The notes under the pieces were generated by a model. The model made no database searches and had not been told where the DNA came from. It worked only from the letters and a program-made list of their open reading frames with translations. DNA of 64,000 nucleotides, taken from positions 2,542,001 through 2,606,000 of the forward strand of contig OZ316896.1 of assembly GCA_973895155.1 (NCBI GenBank), in the 5' to 3' direction. This stretch comes from Marsupella aquatica (lineage: Eukaryota; Plantae; Marchantiophyta). A program made the translations under genes and the position numbers. Shown one piece after another: positions 24,391-37,435 of this stretch. The number at the start of each line of letters is the position of its first letter. Within the stretch, counting starts at the first letter, position 1.

Positions 24391-25321
24391 ATTTCCAAGT
24401 TCCACCTCCCTTCCCTTCCAAGTTCCACCTCCCTTCCTTTCCAAGGTCCACCTCCCTTTCCTTCCAAGTTCCACCTTAGACCCTCTCAACTGCTTTACTG
24501 ACTGGGGTACGCACGGCTTACTTCATCACCCTCACTGGACTTGATCACCCTCACTGGACTTGATCACCCTCACTGTAAGGTACGAGAGCCCTAGGCTGTG
24601 CGTGGCCTTTGCGTTCCTACGCCGAGGGTTCTTCCTTCCTCGCGGCAGCTGCTGTGCTGGTGAAGTCAAGAAGCAGATTGGTGACGAGACTCTCGTCGGA
24701 TTTGACAATACTCCGTACCAAACGGGACTCCAGGACGAGAGTCGGGGCCCGGACTCCTTCCGAGACCGACCGGGCCTTTGCCGTCGTCTCCTTCCTTTCC
24801 TTTCCTTTCCTTTCCTTTCCTTGCCTTGCCTCTGCTTGCCTCTGCTTTCCTCTGTTTCCCTCTGCTTGGCTTCGTACGCTGTGGGTTCTCAGCTTTGACT
24901 GCTGCGCTTCGACGATGATGGAGGACAGCAGGAGTGTGGCGATTCGCTGTGGGGAAACCGAGTGGAATTCTGGAGTGCGCAGCGGAGGAGGAGGTGGAAA
25001 GAGTGGAGGAATCGGTGTTGGGAGCCGATCAGGGGGCGAGGCTGAGTCCGGGACGTGAAGAGAGGGGAGGGGGATGTCGGTGAATTGCGATCGGGGGGAG
25101 GGCGATGTTGGCAATGCGATTCTCGTTTCGTTAGAGCGCAGAGTAGGGGAGGAGGAGGAGGATGAGGAAAAGCAAGAGGAGCAGGAGTGGTGGTGTGAGG
25201 GACGCAATTGAGGAGGAGGGTGAGGAGGAGGATTAGTTTAGGCGCTGCTGTTGCTGCTACTGCTGCTGCTGCTGCCGACCGAAGGAGGAGGAATCTAGGC
25301 AGGAGAGGAGACGGCAAGGCG

Positions 25322-28300
25322 ATGGCTCCTTCGGGAGCGAGCCCGCCTCGGCATCGGCATGACGGAACCTCCCCGTTGCCCCTAGGCATGGACGCCAGCA
25401 CTGCCCCGACCCGCTGGGTACGTGGACGATTTTCCTTGTGGATTGATTGATTGATGCGTGCATCCGTCCATGCAGCATGCATCTGTTTCTGGGTCCTGGT
25501 TCTTCTCGTTTGTGCTGCCAGATTTATGAATTTCGAGAATCACGTATTTTCGTGCCTCGTGTTCTTTCGTCGAGAGCCGGGGGTGGAATGTGATGGAATG
25601 CGGAAGGGTACAACTAAATGAACGCGCCTTTACCTCGAATTGCCGATGAAGAGGTCATCCTGGCACGATCATGTAGCGATTTCGTAGGGGTTTGCGTGGG
25701 GGTGGGACAGTCTCTCCAAATCAGGGTTTTGATTGCAGTCTTTCGGTGCCGATCCTTGCGTTGCTCATCCCATTGGCGATCACTGCATGGGAGATCCAAA
25801 TCAGGATGCTACTATACCTTGAAGCGTCATGGCAGATACTCTGCCAGGATCCTCAGACCTTTGCGTTGGATTTGGAGGGGACAGACCATTGACTCCTCCA
25901 GCGCTGTATTCGTAGCAGGACGAGAGGGATTTTTTCGGGATAAATTTTCAAATTGGCATTTCCTTGCCCCTCAGTCTCATTTTGAATATGTAATGTTTTC
26001 GGAAATCGTTGCTTTGGAAGAATATCCGACAAGCCAGATTTTTGAACTTCGTGTATTATTCCTAACCTCTGAACGATCCCTATCCTCATGAGTGGGGAGG
26101 TCCTCCGTCCTTGCAATGTTCCAGAACCTCTTCGTACACTTGACGCTATCTGTCCAGCTGGTCTGGGCGTCGATCTGGATATCTAGGAAATGATGCCCTG
26201 AATTACGAGCAACTGTTTAACCAGTTCACAACGGGAAAGAGATACTGCAGTGAAAGCCAATTACCTGGGAACAAATTTGAAAACGAGTCCTAGGACGCCG
26301 TCTGCACTCTTGTGTTCACTTTGGGCACTGGGCAGCCTCGCCTGGATTACTGAAAGCTGTCCATTGGCACAACAACTTCGTTACGTAACGACCAGCGAAA
26401 AGGACAGCACAGCAGTCATTCCCAGAGCGTGGATAGACCGAACCTTGACTTCTAAAGTCTTCCAGGTGCAAAAATGCAGAGTGGTTGGGAGTATTGGGTT
26501 GTCCTGGGTGACTTCTGAAAGATTTCAGGACACCTGATCATTCATATGACTTGCGTATGAATTAATACTTCATATTCCAGATACAGTCTGTTCAGACAAT
26601 ATGCAACAATTACTAGTTTCAGAAATGGAGACGGCTCTTGGTGTCCTGGTTGGCTAGCTGAAAAGTTTCAGCTGGTACATCTTTGATTCAGACAATATGC
26701 AACAATTACTAGTTTCAGAAATGGAGACGGCTCTTGGTGTCCTGGTTGGCTAGCTGACAAGTTTCAGCTGGTACATCTTTCATTCAGAGTGATAACGTAC
26801 TTTGCTTTTGCAGAATGGAATTAATACAGTTTGGCCACATGATTATCGATCCGGGTGGAGCTACTGCGTCATGGTTCCAAATTGGCTCACCATACCGCAA
26901 GCGAAAACTGCAGATGGGAATGCCATCAATCCAACTGTGGTAAGGAACAGTACCGAAGAGTTTGAAGTCAAACGATTGGGTTCTATCTATGATCCTATTT
27001 TTTCCCCAGCAAAGTCTGACGTGGCCGTCCAGCCGTGGCGTAGCACTGATTTTCTGCACCTGTGTTTTTTTTGGTGAAGTATTACCGAGTGCAAGTTGGG
27101 ATCCAGTCTCCACAAGGAATCAGCACAGTCCGTGATGTCTTGCGACGATTTAGCGATTTCCTGAAGCTTTTTGCTGCCGTAAGTAACTAAGTAACTAAGT
27201 AGCTTTGAGTGATGTGTGCTTAGAGCTCTTATCCGTATTATAATTTTAAATATTTTTTGGGTAGCTTAGACATACCAGCGGTTTGTTTGGAAAATTCATA
27301 TGAAAATTTTGAGGAAGTAGGATGCAAAAGACTACTTGAACAAGTTGTGTACACCTGCAAATATGGTATACCTAGGACTAAGCAGAGATGAAGGTTTAGG
27401 TCAGAATCAATCTTACTATAGAAAGTGTATTGCTAAATTTTTAGAACTGGAACACACCGACATGAGGATAAAATTTATCAGACCTGCAATGCCAGCTCAA
27501 ATCCTCTACTTGTTTCCTGGGCAGCTAAAGAAGATCTTCCCAGATAAGAAGCTGCCTGCTGCTCCTCCCAAAAACACTTTGATGCGCATCAATTCGAGCC
27601 AAGCATTGCTACTTGAGGTAGGTACATTCACGGCTGTATGGTGGTGTTACAGCTACCTTTCAATGCATTTGAATCTCTGGCATTTTTTGGGGATGAATTT
27701 ACGATGTGTTTGCACATAAGGTTGCATGCACCTTCGGCGCGAATTGATTGCTTAATGGATGTGCTGACAGAGGCGACGGGCTCTAGACGATTGGTTCTCA
27801 AAACTTCTTGCAGATATTGAGATCTCTCGGAGTGTTCCAATCGCTTCATTCCTGGAGCTCGAAGCTGCTGCTCGATATGGTAAGTTAATCCGGGGTGTAA
27901 AGATTGGCCTTTTACATTTGTCTTTGAATACAGCATGCAATTGACCATCCCAGGGATGAACTGGCTTTACGAGCGAGAGCTGTTTCCTTGTGATTGTTGC
28001 AATTCGGACAAGACGAGAATTCTCCTCATCCCCGTCAAATGCACACTCTACAGTCTGAAAGACGAGGAATAAATTGGAATCTACGTGCTTCTGACATGTC
28101 ACTTCCTCCTTGTCCAGCCATCAATACAATATCTGAGCAACAAGCAAGCAGCACAGTTACGGCTGGTGGTCTTGGTCCTGGTAGCTCAAATATCATGGTG
28201 GAACCAAGATCAGGTTTATCATGGACAGGAGCTGGCTCATCAGTCGCATCAGGTCCTTTCCCTTCCGGCTTGGACTATGGAAGTGACGCAACCAATGACA

Positions 28301-31300
28301 CTCCTGTAGTAGGTACGCCAACAAAGAATAGTGAGGGTGAATTAGAAATGGAAGCCCTTGCTAGTGAACAAGAAGCAGCAATCAACAAGGCAGAAAATGG
28401 GGTCACTCGCTCAACAGGGGGTATGAGAAGCCGCAGAGATCCATCAACTTCAACTATGGAGGTTGGTGAAAGAACAGCATCTGGCCAACTTGAAATGGAG
28501 AGAGACATGGAAAGACATCCAGGCGAAGTTGGGCCAACAGATCACGGAAATTTGGCTGGACCAGTACCAAATTTGCGGCATGCTTTTTCGTCTGAGTCAG
28601 TTACATCTTGGCATCGTAGGAAAGGGTCCCATGAAAGTCTCGCTAGTGATGTTGAGTCGATCAGGGGAAGTGAGCAATCTGTTGCTCCTTCGTTGGATGG
28701 GCAGATGGAAGCGTCAGGTTGGGGTGTTGGAACTATGGAGGAGGGTTTGTTAGAAACAGAAGCTGTGTTGAAGGGTGTTGGCGTAGGTTTGCCGATGGAC
28801 CAGCGGAGTAAAGTACGCAGGGTCCTTTTGATGATGCAAAGGAAACTTTCAGGAGCTAAGGCGGATATTGAAGACTTGAATGCAAGATTGAATCAGGAGA
28901 CAGCTGTGAAAGAGTTTCTTACTATTAAGGTCTTTACATCTTATTGTTCTCTATAAGTAAAGTAATATAGAAGAGGAATTATATTTACATTTGGACTCTG
29001 TATTCAGTTTACACTGACGAACATTGTCATCCTTGGTTGGTGTTTAAACCATTGCATGACCACCTTTCCTGACGATAAGTATTTTTGTCAGTCCAGGCGG
29101 AGAGGTGGCTTAGCATGTCTATGACCATGTTTGAAGTTTCGAGTATCTGTTTTGTTGCTAGTGTGCTTCTCTTTAATATAAGAGCTTTCGTTTTGTGGTG
29201 ACAGGTAAGGGATCTTGAAGCCGAGCTGGATACTACCAGGCGTAAGAGCAGAGACGTATTGCAGCAGACAGTCTCTATTGAACGGGACAAGGTTACGAAC
29301 CTCCTGTGGGAATTGGAGGAACGTAAAACCGCACTTATGAATTTGGAGGAGCAATCTGCGTCTGAAGAGGTAAGAGTGTGATTTAAGTCGAGGTGCAGGT
29401 CCATAAGCTTTTGAAGCTGGAAAGCTATGAAAAATTCTGTCGTGTACCTGTGTAGCTTGAAACCTCGACTTGCTTAACATGGTCTTATAATCTTCAGGTG
29501 GCCAGATTGTCGTTAGAAGAGAGATTGACACAGGCAAACGCTGCAAAAGAGGAGGCAAATAAGGAGATTGCAGACGCCCGTGAAAAGATGCTTCAACTGC
29601 AAAAAGAACGTGACCAGGCACGAGCTGACAAAAAGGTGCTTGTGAAAGAAATTAAGTCCCTCTTGAGCGCACAACCAAAGAAGGACAAGGAGATAGAGTT
29701 GGCCAAGCAAGCTAAACTTGAGCTGGAGGTACATTGTCGCCTCTGCCCTTGATACTATTTGGATTGGGAAGCCTTTGGTAATCCAACAAAATCAAGTTAC
29801 TAGTGGCTGGAAATGATACTCTGTTGGAGTTTCTGACGAAAATCCTTGTGTAGAGCATCCCGTTTGTATGCGCGCTTATGTGGTGGTGTCTGGCTGCAGA
29901 ACATCCTGCATGAGGAGAGACAGAGGCAAGAAAGAAACAGAGCCTCAAGAGCAAAGTTCTTGCATCATGTGGCGATGCTACGGCAAAGATTACAAGAATG
30001 CACTGTTGACTATCTTGCCAGAGAGGAGGAGAAGTTACCCAACAAAACTACAGCTGGAGCAACAGACGCCTTGGATCTCCTGTCCACCTCAGATAATCGT
30101 ATTGGTCTCCTTCTTGCTGAGGTATATGAATCTTACTAAATAGCTCAGCTTAGAGTGCGGTAGTTAGTTATTTATTTCCTTTTTCCTTTTTAGAGTGCTG
30201 TAATTATTGTACTATTCCTTTGTGATTCTATCTTTCCACTTTGTACCCAAAGACTTCAGGACTGACATTCATGTATTCTCTCATTCACATTGCTTGTATT
30301 TTGGTTCGAAAGTTTAACAATGCCCAGCTTTCTGTTTCTCCGTCCCCTACGGTTGCTTTAACTAGCTTAAAATTACGTTTCCATGCAATAAACCGAAGAA
30401 TTCTGTGCTTGGGGCCAAATCTTTCCCATACAAAGTCGTAGTTCGAGTGAAGTTATTACGCATACAGCTCACGTGGTGACATTGACCGGTAGGGTTATCT
30501 GGTCCTCCTGTCTTCAGATGCGTCTTGTTCTAAGATCCGTAAGCTGGCCAGTGTCTGCCCAGGTTCTTTAGATTTGTGGGAGTTGGCTTGTTAAGTGTGG
30601 GTATCCTCCAGCAACCGAGAATACCCCTCTAGTTTCCCTTGCAGATTTAGTAATCGCAACAAAAATGTAACTCATTGACCGGTAGCTGCGTCCTTTACTT
30701 ATTATAAGGTCACGAATAATGTCATTTTCCTGTAATCCATGTGCATCTATCCATGGCTGTTCAACTCTGTTGATGCTTTCAAGTGAATTCAGGTTTGTGG
30801 CTGGCGTCTCCAGTATTATAAATTTTTGCTATGATGGTTGTATATATACAACTGTGGTTGAGTTTAATTGAAAGATTATAACAGGACTTCGCTTTTTGAT
30901 CGTCCATCTACTGTCAGCTTTGCTTATGTTTTCTTGTTATGTTCATTTATATGGTCCCTCTTTGGTCTTGTGTATGTCTTTGTCTTGGTTTTGTATGAAA
31001 TTAGTGCAGCTTCCCGTCATGCGTCCAATATTTTATTGCTTTGACAGAATTGTACCAATCAGGGTTCTGCTTCCAAGTGGCTGATTGGCCGGTCGACAGA
31101 ACATTTGGATTCGGATGTCTTTACCTGATTTGTGATTTCTTGAATGAGGAAGAAGGTTCTAGAGGCTATTTAATGATGACTGTTCTATGATGTCAAAGCA
31201 GGGGTCTGGCCTTCATGTCTGGATTACTTTCTCACGATAACCAGTCACCCCAGCCTGTCCAGCATGATTCGTTTGCTGACAATAAATTCTAATGGGCTTT

Positions 31301-31634
31301 AAATTTGTGCCATTATATGCAGGCCCAACTTCTTGCACAGCAGGGAAGAGAAAATTCATCCGACACTAGTCCACTGCCAAATGGGGTACACAGTAATGGT
31401 GCTGGAGCTGCACAACAAGAAAAGTTGCACGAGTTATCTGGAGACGATGACGTGAACGAAGCTGAATTGCAGCACATACTTACGGATCTGATCATTGATA
31501 ATGCACAGCTGCGGAAGGCCATGAACCACTCATTGACACAAAGTGCTCTGTCCTCCCATAGAGGGGAGAAAGAAACAGTTGATGGGTCCCCAGTGCGGAA
31601 GAGTGTTTTGTCCAAGTTCCTGGGCCAACCGTGA
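25322..31634 (+). CDS. PX (Phox) domain coiled-coil protein, EREX/EREL-like endosomal RAB5 effector family
   Basis: Exons 25322-25417, 26814-26939, 27080-27178, 27525-27617, 27771-27879, 28118-28929, 29205-29369, 29498-29728, 29900-30121 and 31323-31634. Motifs: [44 protein letters not shown]...[56 protein letters not shown]. Confidence 0.93.
26592..26788. repeat. Near-perfect ~96 bp tandem duplication in intron 1 of the PX gene
   Basis: ttcagacaatatgcaacaattactag...gctggtacatcttt occurs twice. Confidence 0.9.
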
Positions 31635-33324
31635 GTCGCTGCCTGGATGTAAGCTCCTATGACATGCCAAAGGGTTAATAATGCTGTAGCTTTCATATTG
31701 GTAGTACCCTTTATTTTAGTTCAATTATAGAAATAGGTTCACATTCTTTATGCTCCTGTAACAATTTCCTGGAGTGCAGGTCAGGCTTACAAAATAATAG
31801 ACAGTACCAGGGTGCAGATTCTTTTTCTAATATTGGACGGTGGAAATAGGGGAATCTGCCTCCACATCCGTAAGGTGGCTCAACATGAAAATGTTCTGTC
31901 CATAGAAATATTGATCAATCTGTAGTTGTATTTCTGATTTATGAATAGTGTAGTGCGACCAAAAAGAATGTGGTAGGGAACTTGTCATATGTGCTCCCGC
32001 CCCCCAATTAATTTCGACTTCTCCGCTACCTTACAGAATAGTAACGGGAACAGAACCATGACCTTGACGGCATCACTACTATGTCTATGTTATCTCAAAG
32101 CCTAGCGGACGAGCACTGTAGTCACTGCTATCTCTAATGACGCATCTCTGATTTAAAGTTTTTCATGCATTCATGGAGAATTTGCTGAAGAGGCTAGTGC
32201 AAGGAATGAGTTGTGGCACACTATGAGGTGCATGTATCTCCCCTTAATTTGGGGTGTTCCCATCATAGTCTTCCAGAGAGTGCTAGTTTCTCTCTTTACA
32301 TATGATTTTCTCTTCACTCGGAGAGGTGAATAATTGTCTGTCGCTGAGGATAAATTTCCTCCCAGCTGCAATAAGATTGTGATAAAACTCACTTTTCCCT
32401 CTTCAAGTGGACTCTCTGGTTTCATGTGGCTCTTTTTACTAAGACTATTTCATGAGGTGTTATGTCTGAACATATCCTATTTCCACGCAAGGTTTACATC
32501 TTTTGGAACGAAAAATTTTCAGTGTGGCATCTTGGCTGTGGAATGACAACCGTTCATTATGTGATGTAGTTCTTAACAGAGGATGAGGAAAATTGTGGCA
32601 TTTTTTAGACAGAAGGAATGATTGCTAATGTGTTGCCTTGCGAATTTGGGAAGCATAGGCGTTATCTCCCAATTAGAAGAGGAGGCCGGATGGTCCTGGC
32701 AACGAAGTGAAATAGGAAGCTTCAGTGTCATTGATTGTCTCCGCCCAACAATCTTCACTACACCTTGAAAGTTGGAGCAGAGTGAGCCAGTTAATGGACG
32801 GACTTTGAGGGGATGAATCAAGCCATCCGAATGAAGAGTCTGAAGTGATATAACTTTGGAGCCATTGCATCAAGCTAAGGATCGATGCCATTGACTGGGA
32901 GCAGACAAATTCGACTGATTTCCAGACCACTGTCAATATGAATGTGATTCTTGCATTATGAGTAGTGGGTCCCTAAGAGTTGATGCTGTGAGCTGATGAT
33001 TACAAAAGCATGACCCTTGCAACTGAACTACAAGACAAGTCTCGGCCTTGCCTGTTGGCATGGGTGTCAACAATCCTGATTCTCTGAAGCTGCCCTGGAT
33101 GTGTAACCATGGAAATTAATTGGAGGCGAGCAGTATAAAAGGCAAACGAAGACGCTGACCGATTGTGGCAGGTGAGAACTGACTGTGGGAAAGAGTTTCG
33201 AGCCAACCTTACTTCCTTTGACAATAGGTGAGTTCAATTGACAGTAAGCAACGACAGTTTTGTTCCAGATGATTTGAATTTTTTGAACTTTGAGAATGAG
33301 GTGTTACACTGTTCACTAGAATTG

Positions 33325-33530
33325 GTTTTGATCAGTGTCTATATACAATGTTTATAAAGCAAAAATTTGAAATCTAGAGAAATTATTGATGACATTGCAC
33401 TACAAATTGAACGGAAAAATAGTGATTTTGATCAGTATACATCTACATCGTTTATAAAGCAAAAAAATTGAAGTCTAGAGAAATTATTGATGGCATTGCA
33501 CTATGAATTGAACGGAAAAAATAATGACTT
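33325..33530. repeat. ~101 bp tandem duplication
   Basis: ttttgatcagt...tttataaagcaaaaa...ctagagaaattattgat.gcattgcacta..aattgaacggaaaaa occurs twice. Confidence 0.85.
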
Positions 33531-35507
33531 AGTGTGCGAACCTGAAATTGCCTGTCAGCTGAAGTAAACAGAAAAAGGAAATTGCTGCTCAGATGGACCG
33601 CAATGTGTAACTGTGGAACTTGGATGGACCTAGCAGCTTTTCAAGTCCAAAAAGTATGACATTGATATAAAGGAAAGATACTACATGAGTTGAAAGTATA
33701 TGGTCATCTGGGTTGAGGTGGTTGGTATGAATTGTTGGTCAACTGGTGTTGTACATTTCAGTTTCTTCTCCAGATTCCAGGCTTTCTTTATTTTGAATGT
33801 ACGCATTTAAAGATTCCATGCTTTAATCGCTTGGCTGGATAGTTACCAAAAGAGAAATATCTACTGTAGAAACCTGTGATAGGATTAACAAATGAGTGGC
33901 CTTTTAGATTCATAATTGACTGTATTTCTACAACCATCATGAATTGACACATTACATTGATGATAATCATGACTGAATGTTTCTAATTAATAAACCTATA
34001 AGTACACTAATATTTAGTTTGATGTGTGGTTCTGTGCATCTTTGGACAAAAACTCTTTTGTAACTTCTTGAAGGATACTACTTGTAAACGCTAACTAGGA
34101 ACTGGCTACATTACACAGGGCGTACAGGTCTGAGACGTACGTGCACCCTAACCAACAATTTGACCTCAGTCAATTAACAGAGGTCAATTTTTGAGATGTA
34201 ATCAAAATTTTCAATGCACCAATTGTGGCTGGCAGAACTTCCATAAAACGTTTGTGCAATTTTGGTCTGATAGTTTTGCTGGTGCATCATTTGGACACAA
34301 AAATGTAACAACCATCTCTAGGTACCGAGTCTAAGGATAGGTTTAATGTCTCTCAAAATATTTAACTCCAGCATTTAATAAATACCACTATTTGGCAAAA
34401 TAGTTGGTGGGCTAATGTTGGAAACACATCTGATGCAACAACCAGGGGTAGTCTAAATATTCTATCTATACATGCAGCTTAATTTAAGCACAGAATAGTT
34501 TCACAATATTGTATTACAGGGGGCAGCTAGCATTTAAACACAATTAAATTAATAAAACTAGGGAGTGTCTGACCTCAGAGATGTCTAAGAGACTGACTTC
34601 ACACGAGAGCTCAAGGACGGTGGGCTTCTCCACATACAATCACTCAATAAAATTTTTCTCTTCATTTCAGAAAAATGTCAAAGAAAATATGTCCTCTCTT
34701 TCATTGTTGGCTTTGTAAATCACATGTGCTTGTTCTAATGGGTTAAACCTACGTGATAACATAACACACCCAGCATAGAATCATCTAGCTATGATCATTT
34801 GCTTATGACCAAAAACCATGATCCTTAATTAATAGCAAGCCTCAAAGGTTCAAATTTGATGGACCTTAATTCACTAGTTAAAGTGTCTCAAAGTTCCAAA
34901 TTTGATTTTGATTGCATTCATAACCTGCTTTTCAATTCATCATACTTGATTTCAGTTCACATTCATTTTGCCCTTGCAAATGCATCTTACATGCAAATAC
35001 ATTTTACTACCTGAAAAACTTATACTTTTCACAAGTTACACATCCATTCAGAATTCATCACACTACCAAAATACTTTTTTCACTTTAATTTAGAGTTATG
35101 TGTATTTAGTCTCAGTTCTTAATCTCATACACATTTATATAATCTCATACACATTAATTGTGGTGACATCCTTCAAAAACATTTGTTATTAAATATTGTG
35201 TGTGAAACTAATTATGGTAATTAAATTCATGAATTATTCATGAATTATTATCACAAATAGCTATTTACCATAAAGTTCATATGCCATGATCATAAATCAA
35301 TCACAAATTAGCTGTTTACCATAAAGTTCATATACCATAAATCAGTCTAGAGGCTAGTGAAAATAAAAAATAATAAGGGCCATTTATTTATGGTCAAAAA
35401 GTGAGTAATAATGACCCATTTATTTATGGTCAAAAAGTAATGGCCATTGGATTATGGTCAAAAGCCATCGTCCATAATTAAGAAGCTTGGAGACCCGAAT
35501 AATATGC

Positions 35508-36767
35508 TCAGAGTTGTAGAGGAAGAATAAACGTCGAGGCAAACGGTAAGTCCTCAAACGTAAGCTCACACTCTACTGTCTCCCATTTCATTTCTGTGTT
35601 GTGGATTCCGAACCCTCGACTCCGATTCAGGACGACCTTGTAGCGCTCTGGATCAGCCATCCGGCGATGGCGCTCAGGCAGAGGTACAGACAAGGTCTGT
35701 ATCACGAACAGCTCGTCCTCGAAGACAGTCAATGCGGCTGGCCAGAAAAATCGCATTAATGACCCCTCCATTCCGTCGATACTTCTCGAAATTGCCTGCA
35801 TGGAGGTCCATGAATTCGCCTCAGAGTCGTACACAGAAATCTCAGTCTCGCCGATGGCGTGCACTCTGCCTTCGATCATGAACAACCTCGCGGAAGCCAT
35901 GTGGACCGTTTCTTCCGACGCTCTTCTCCACTCGTTGTCAATCGGGTTATAAACCTCGATGTAGAGCGCAGGTTTTGTGTAGGCGTGTTCTGGAGGAATG
36001 GACCGAATGTAATATGCCTGCGATTCTCGAAAATTGGGGCGGAAGAATAGTCCGTCGTAGATGACCAGCTCACCTCCCCAGACTCCAACCTGATGACTCG
36101 TCCTACTTGTTCGCATTGGCTCGATCGTAGTCCAAGTGTCTGTGCTGGGATCGTAGACCTCTGTCTCACGAACAGGGGCACGAGAGGAAGAACCGCCGCA
36201 TACGTATATTTTTCCATCGATGACCCCAGAGCCGAAGTTGCATCGAGGTGCTCGCATGCTGGCACACTTCTTCCACGGGCGTTGTCCTGCCAGATCCATC
36301 ATGTACACTTCGTCGCTGGCGACTTGGGCTCGGGACCTCTTGACTCCTCCCAAAATGTATAGTCTCCCATCCAATATGATGCATTGGCAGGACTCCGGAA
36401 TTCCCTTCTGCACGCGGGGGATTGGAGGAAGCCGGGAAATGTGTTTGGTCTGCAAGCCATAGAGAGCAATACCGAAGTAGCCCTCAGCAAAAGTGTGGTT
36501 CATGGCGAGGAGCTTGTCAGTTGAACGGAAGGAGACTCTCGCGTCGTAAATTTCGTGAGCTTGAATTGCTTTTTGCCAGACAGGGCTAGCTAAGCTGAGC
36601 TTGTACAAACTTGTCCATGGCAACTTGGTACAGATCTCTTGCATGGTGATGGCATGGACAACATTCGGAAGCAGGTCCGTGCTGCCCGGTTCGGGCCTCA
36701 TGCTCACTCTCCGCTCCTCGTCTTCGTTCCTTCGCCGCCTCCTTCCAGTTGATCTGCTTGGCACCAT
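35508..36767 (-). CDS. F-box/kelch-repeat protein (intronless, ~419 aa from ATG at 36767)
   Basis: A divergent F-box (LLPNVVHAITMQEICTKLPWTSLYKLSLASPVWQKAI) is followed by kelch motifs GRLYILGG, MRAPRCNFGSGVIDGKIYVCGG, EVYDPSTDTWTTIEPM and EVYNPIDNEW. Confidence 0.9.
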   Translation of the reverse strand: MVPSRSTGRRRRRNEDEERRVSMRPEPGSTDLLPNVVHAITMQEICTKLPWTSLYKLSLASPVWQKAIQAHEIYDARVSFRSTDKLLAMNHTFAEGYFGIALYGLQTKHISRLPPIPRVQKGIPESCQCIILDGRLYILGGVKRSRAQVASDEVYMMDLAGQRPWKKCASMRAPRCNFGSGVIDGKIYVCGGSSSRAPVRETEVYDPSTDTWTTIEPMRTSRTSHQVGVWGGELVIYDGLFFRPNFRESQAYYIRSIPPEHAYTKPALYIEVYNPIDNEWRRASEETVHMASARLFMIEGRVHAIGETEISVYDSEANSWTSMQAISRSIDGMEGSLMRFFWPAALTVFEDELFVIQTLSVPLPERHRRMADPERYKVVLNRSRGFGIHNTEMKWETVECELTFEDLPFASTFILPLQL

Positions 36768-36913
36768 CTTCGACACCGATACAGAGAAACCTGCAGCTGC
36801 AATAGCCTCACGACGAAGTCTGCTTACTTGCTGGAATGTGTCACTCGGGCGCCGCCACTGAATACCAATCTCACTGCAATTGCGCTGATCATGACCATGA
36901 AAAGAAAAGCAGC

Positions 36914-37435
36914 GGCTCAGGTGTCAATCGATGCAAATTGAAACTAACGAAGGAGTTCACAATACCCATTTGGGCTCAGGTGTCAATCGATGCAAAATGA
37001 AACTAACGAAGGAGTTCACAATACACATTTGGATTGGGAATTATGGAGACCTCAATCGATACAAATTGAAACTAACGAAGGAGTTCACAATACCCATTTG
37101 GGCTCAGGTGTCAATCGATGCAAAATGAAACTAACGAAGGAGTTCACAATACACATTTGGATTGGGAATTATGCTCTTGTCTGCTGTCACTACATCTGGA
37201 ACTGTGAGTTATGAAACTTCTCCTCTCCCTAAACTAAAAGCAGGAAAAAGCAAGACCTCTTATACCTTCAAGTGTTACTACATCTGGAACTCTGAGTCAT
37301 GAAACTTCTCCTCTCCCTAAACTAAAAGCAGGAAAAAGCAAGACCTCTTATACCTTCAAGTGAGTCATGAAACTTCTCCTCTCCTTAAACTAAAAGCAGG
37401 AAAAGGAAAGGCCTCTTATATAGCTTCAAGTGTAA
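36914..37435. repeat. Two young tandem arrays upstream of the F-box gene (~58-70 bp units with ~127 bp higher order; ~70-87 bp units)
   Basis: tgaaactaacgaaggagttcacaatac x4; atgaaacttctcctctccctaaactaaaagcaggaaaa x3. Confidence 0.9.

Larger units (their letters stand above)
20745..24491. repeat. Dispersed repeat family (agagtgtgggttatg...gggttacc...ttccaagttccaccttggaccctctcaac), copies at ~20745-20862, ~21535-21695 and ~23967-24491
   Basis: The three copies share motifs in the same order. Class is unknown; the reverse complement starts TGTTGAGAGGG, which is LTR-like. Confidence 0.65.

Noticed and set aside
24560-25482. Overlapping 110-197 aa ORFs upstream of the PX gene
   Set aside because: They arise from GC-rich leader sequence with (TTTCC)n, (GGA)n and (GCT)n microsatellites. 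They have no domain, and the real start is ATG 25322.
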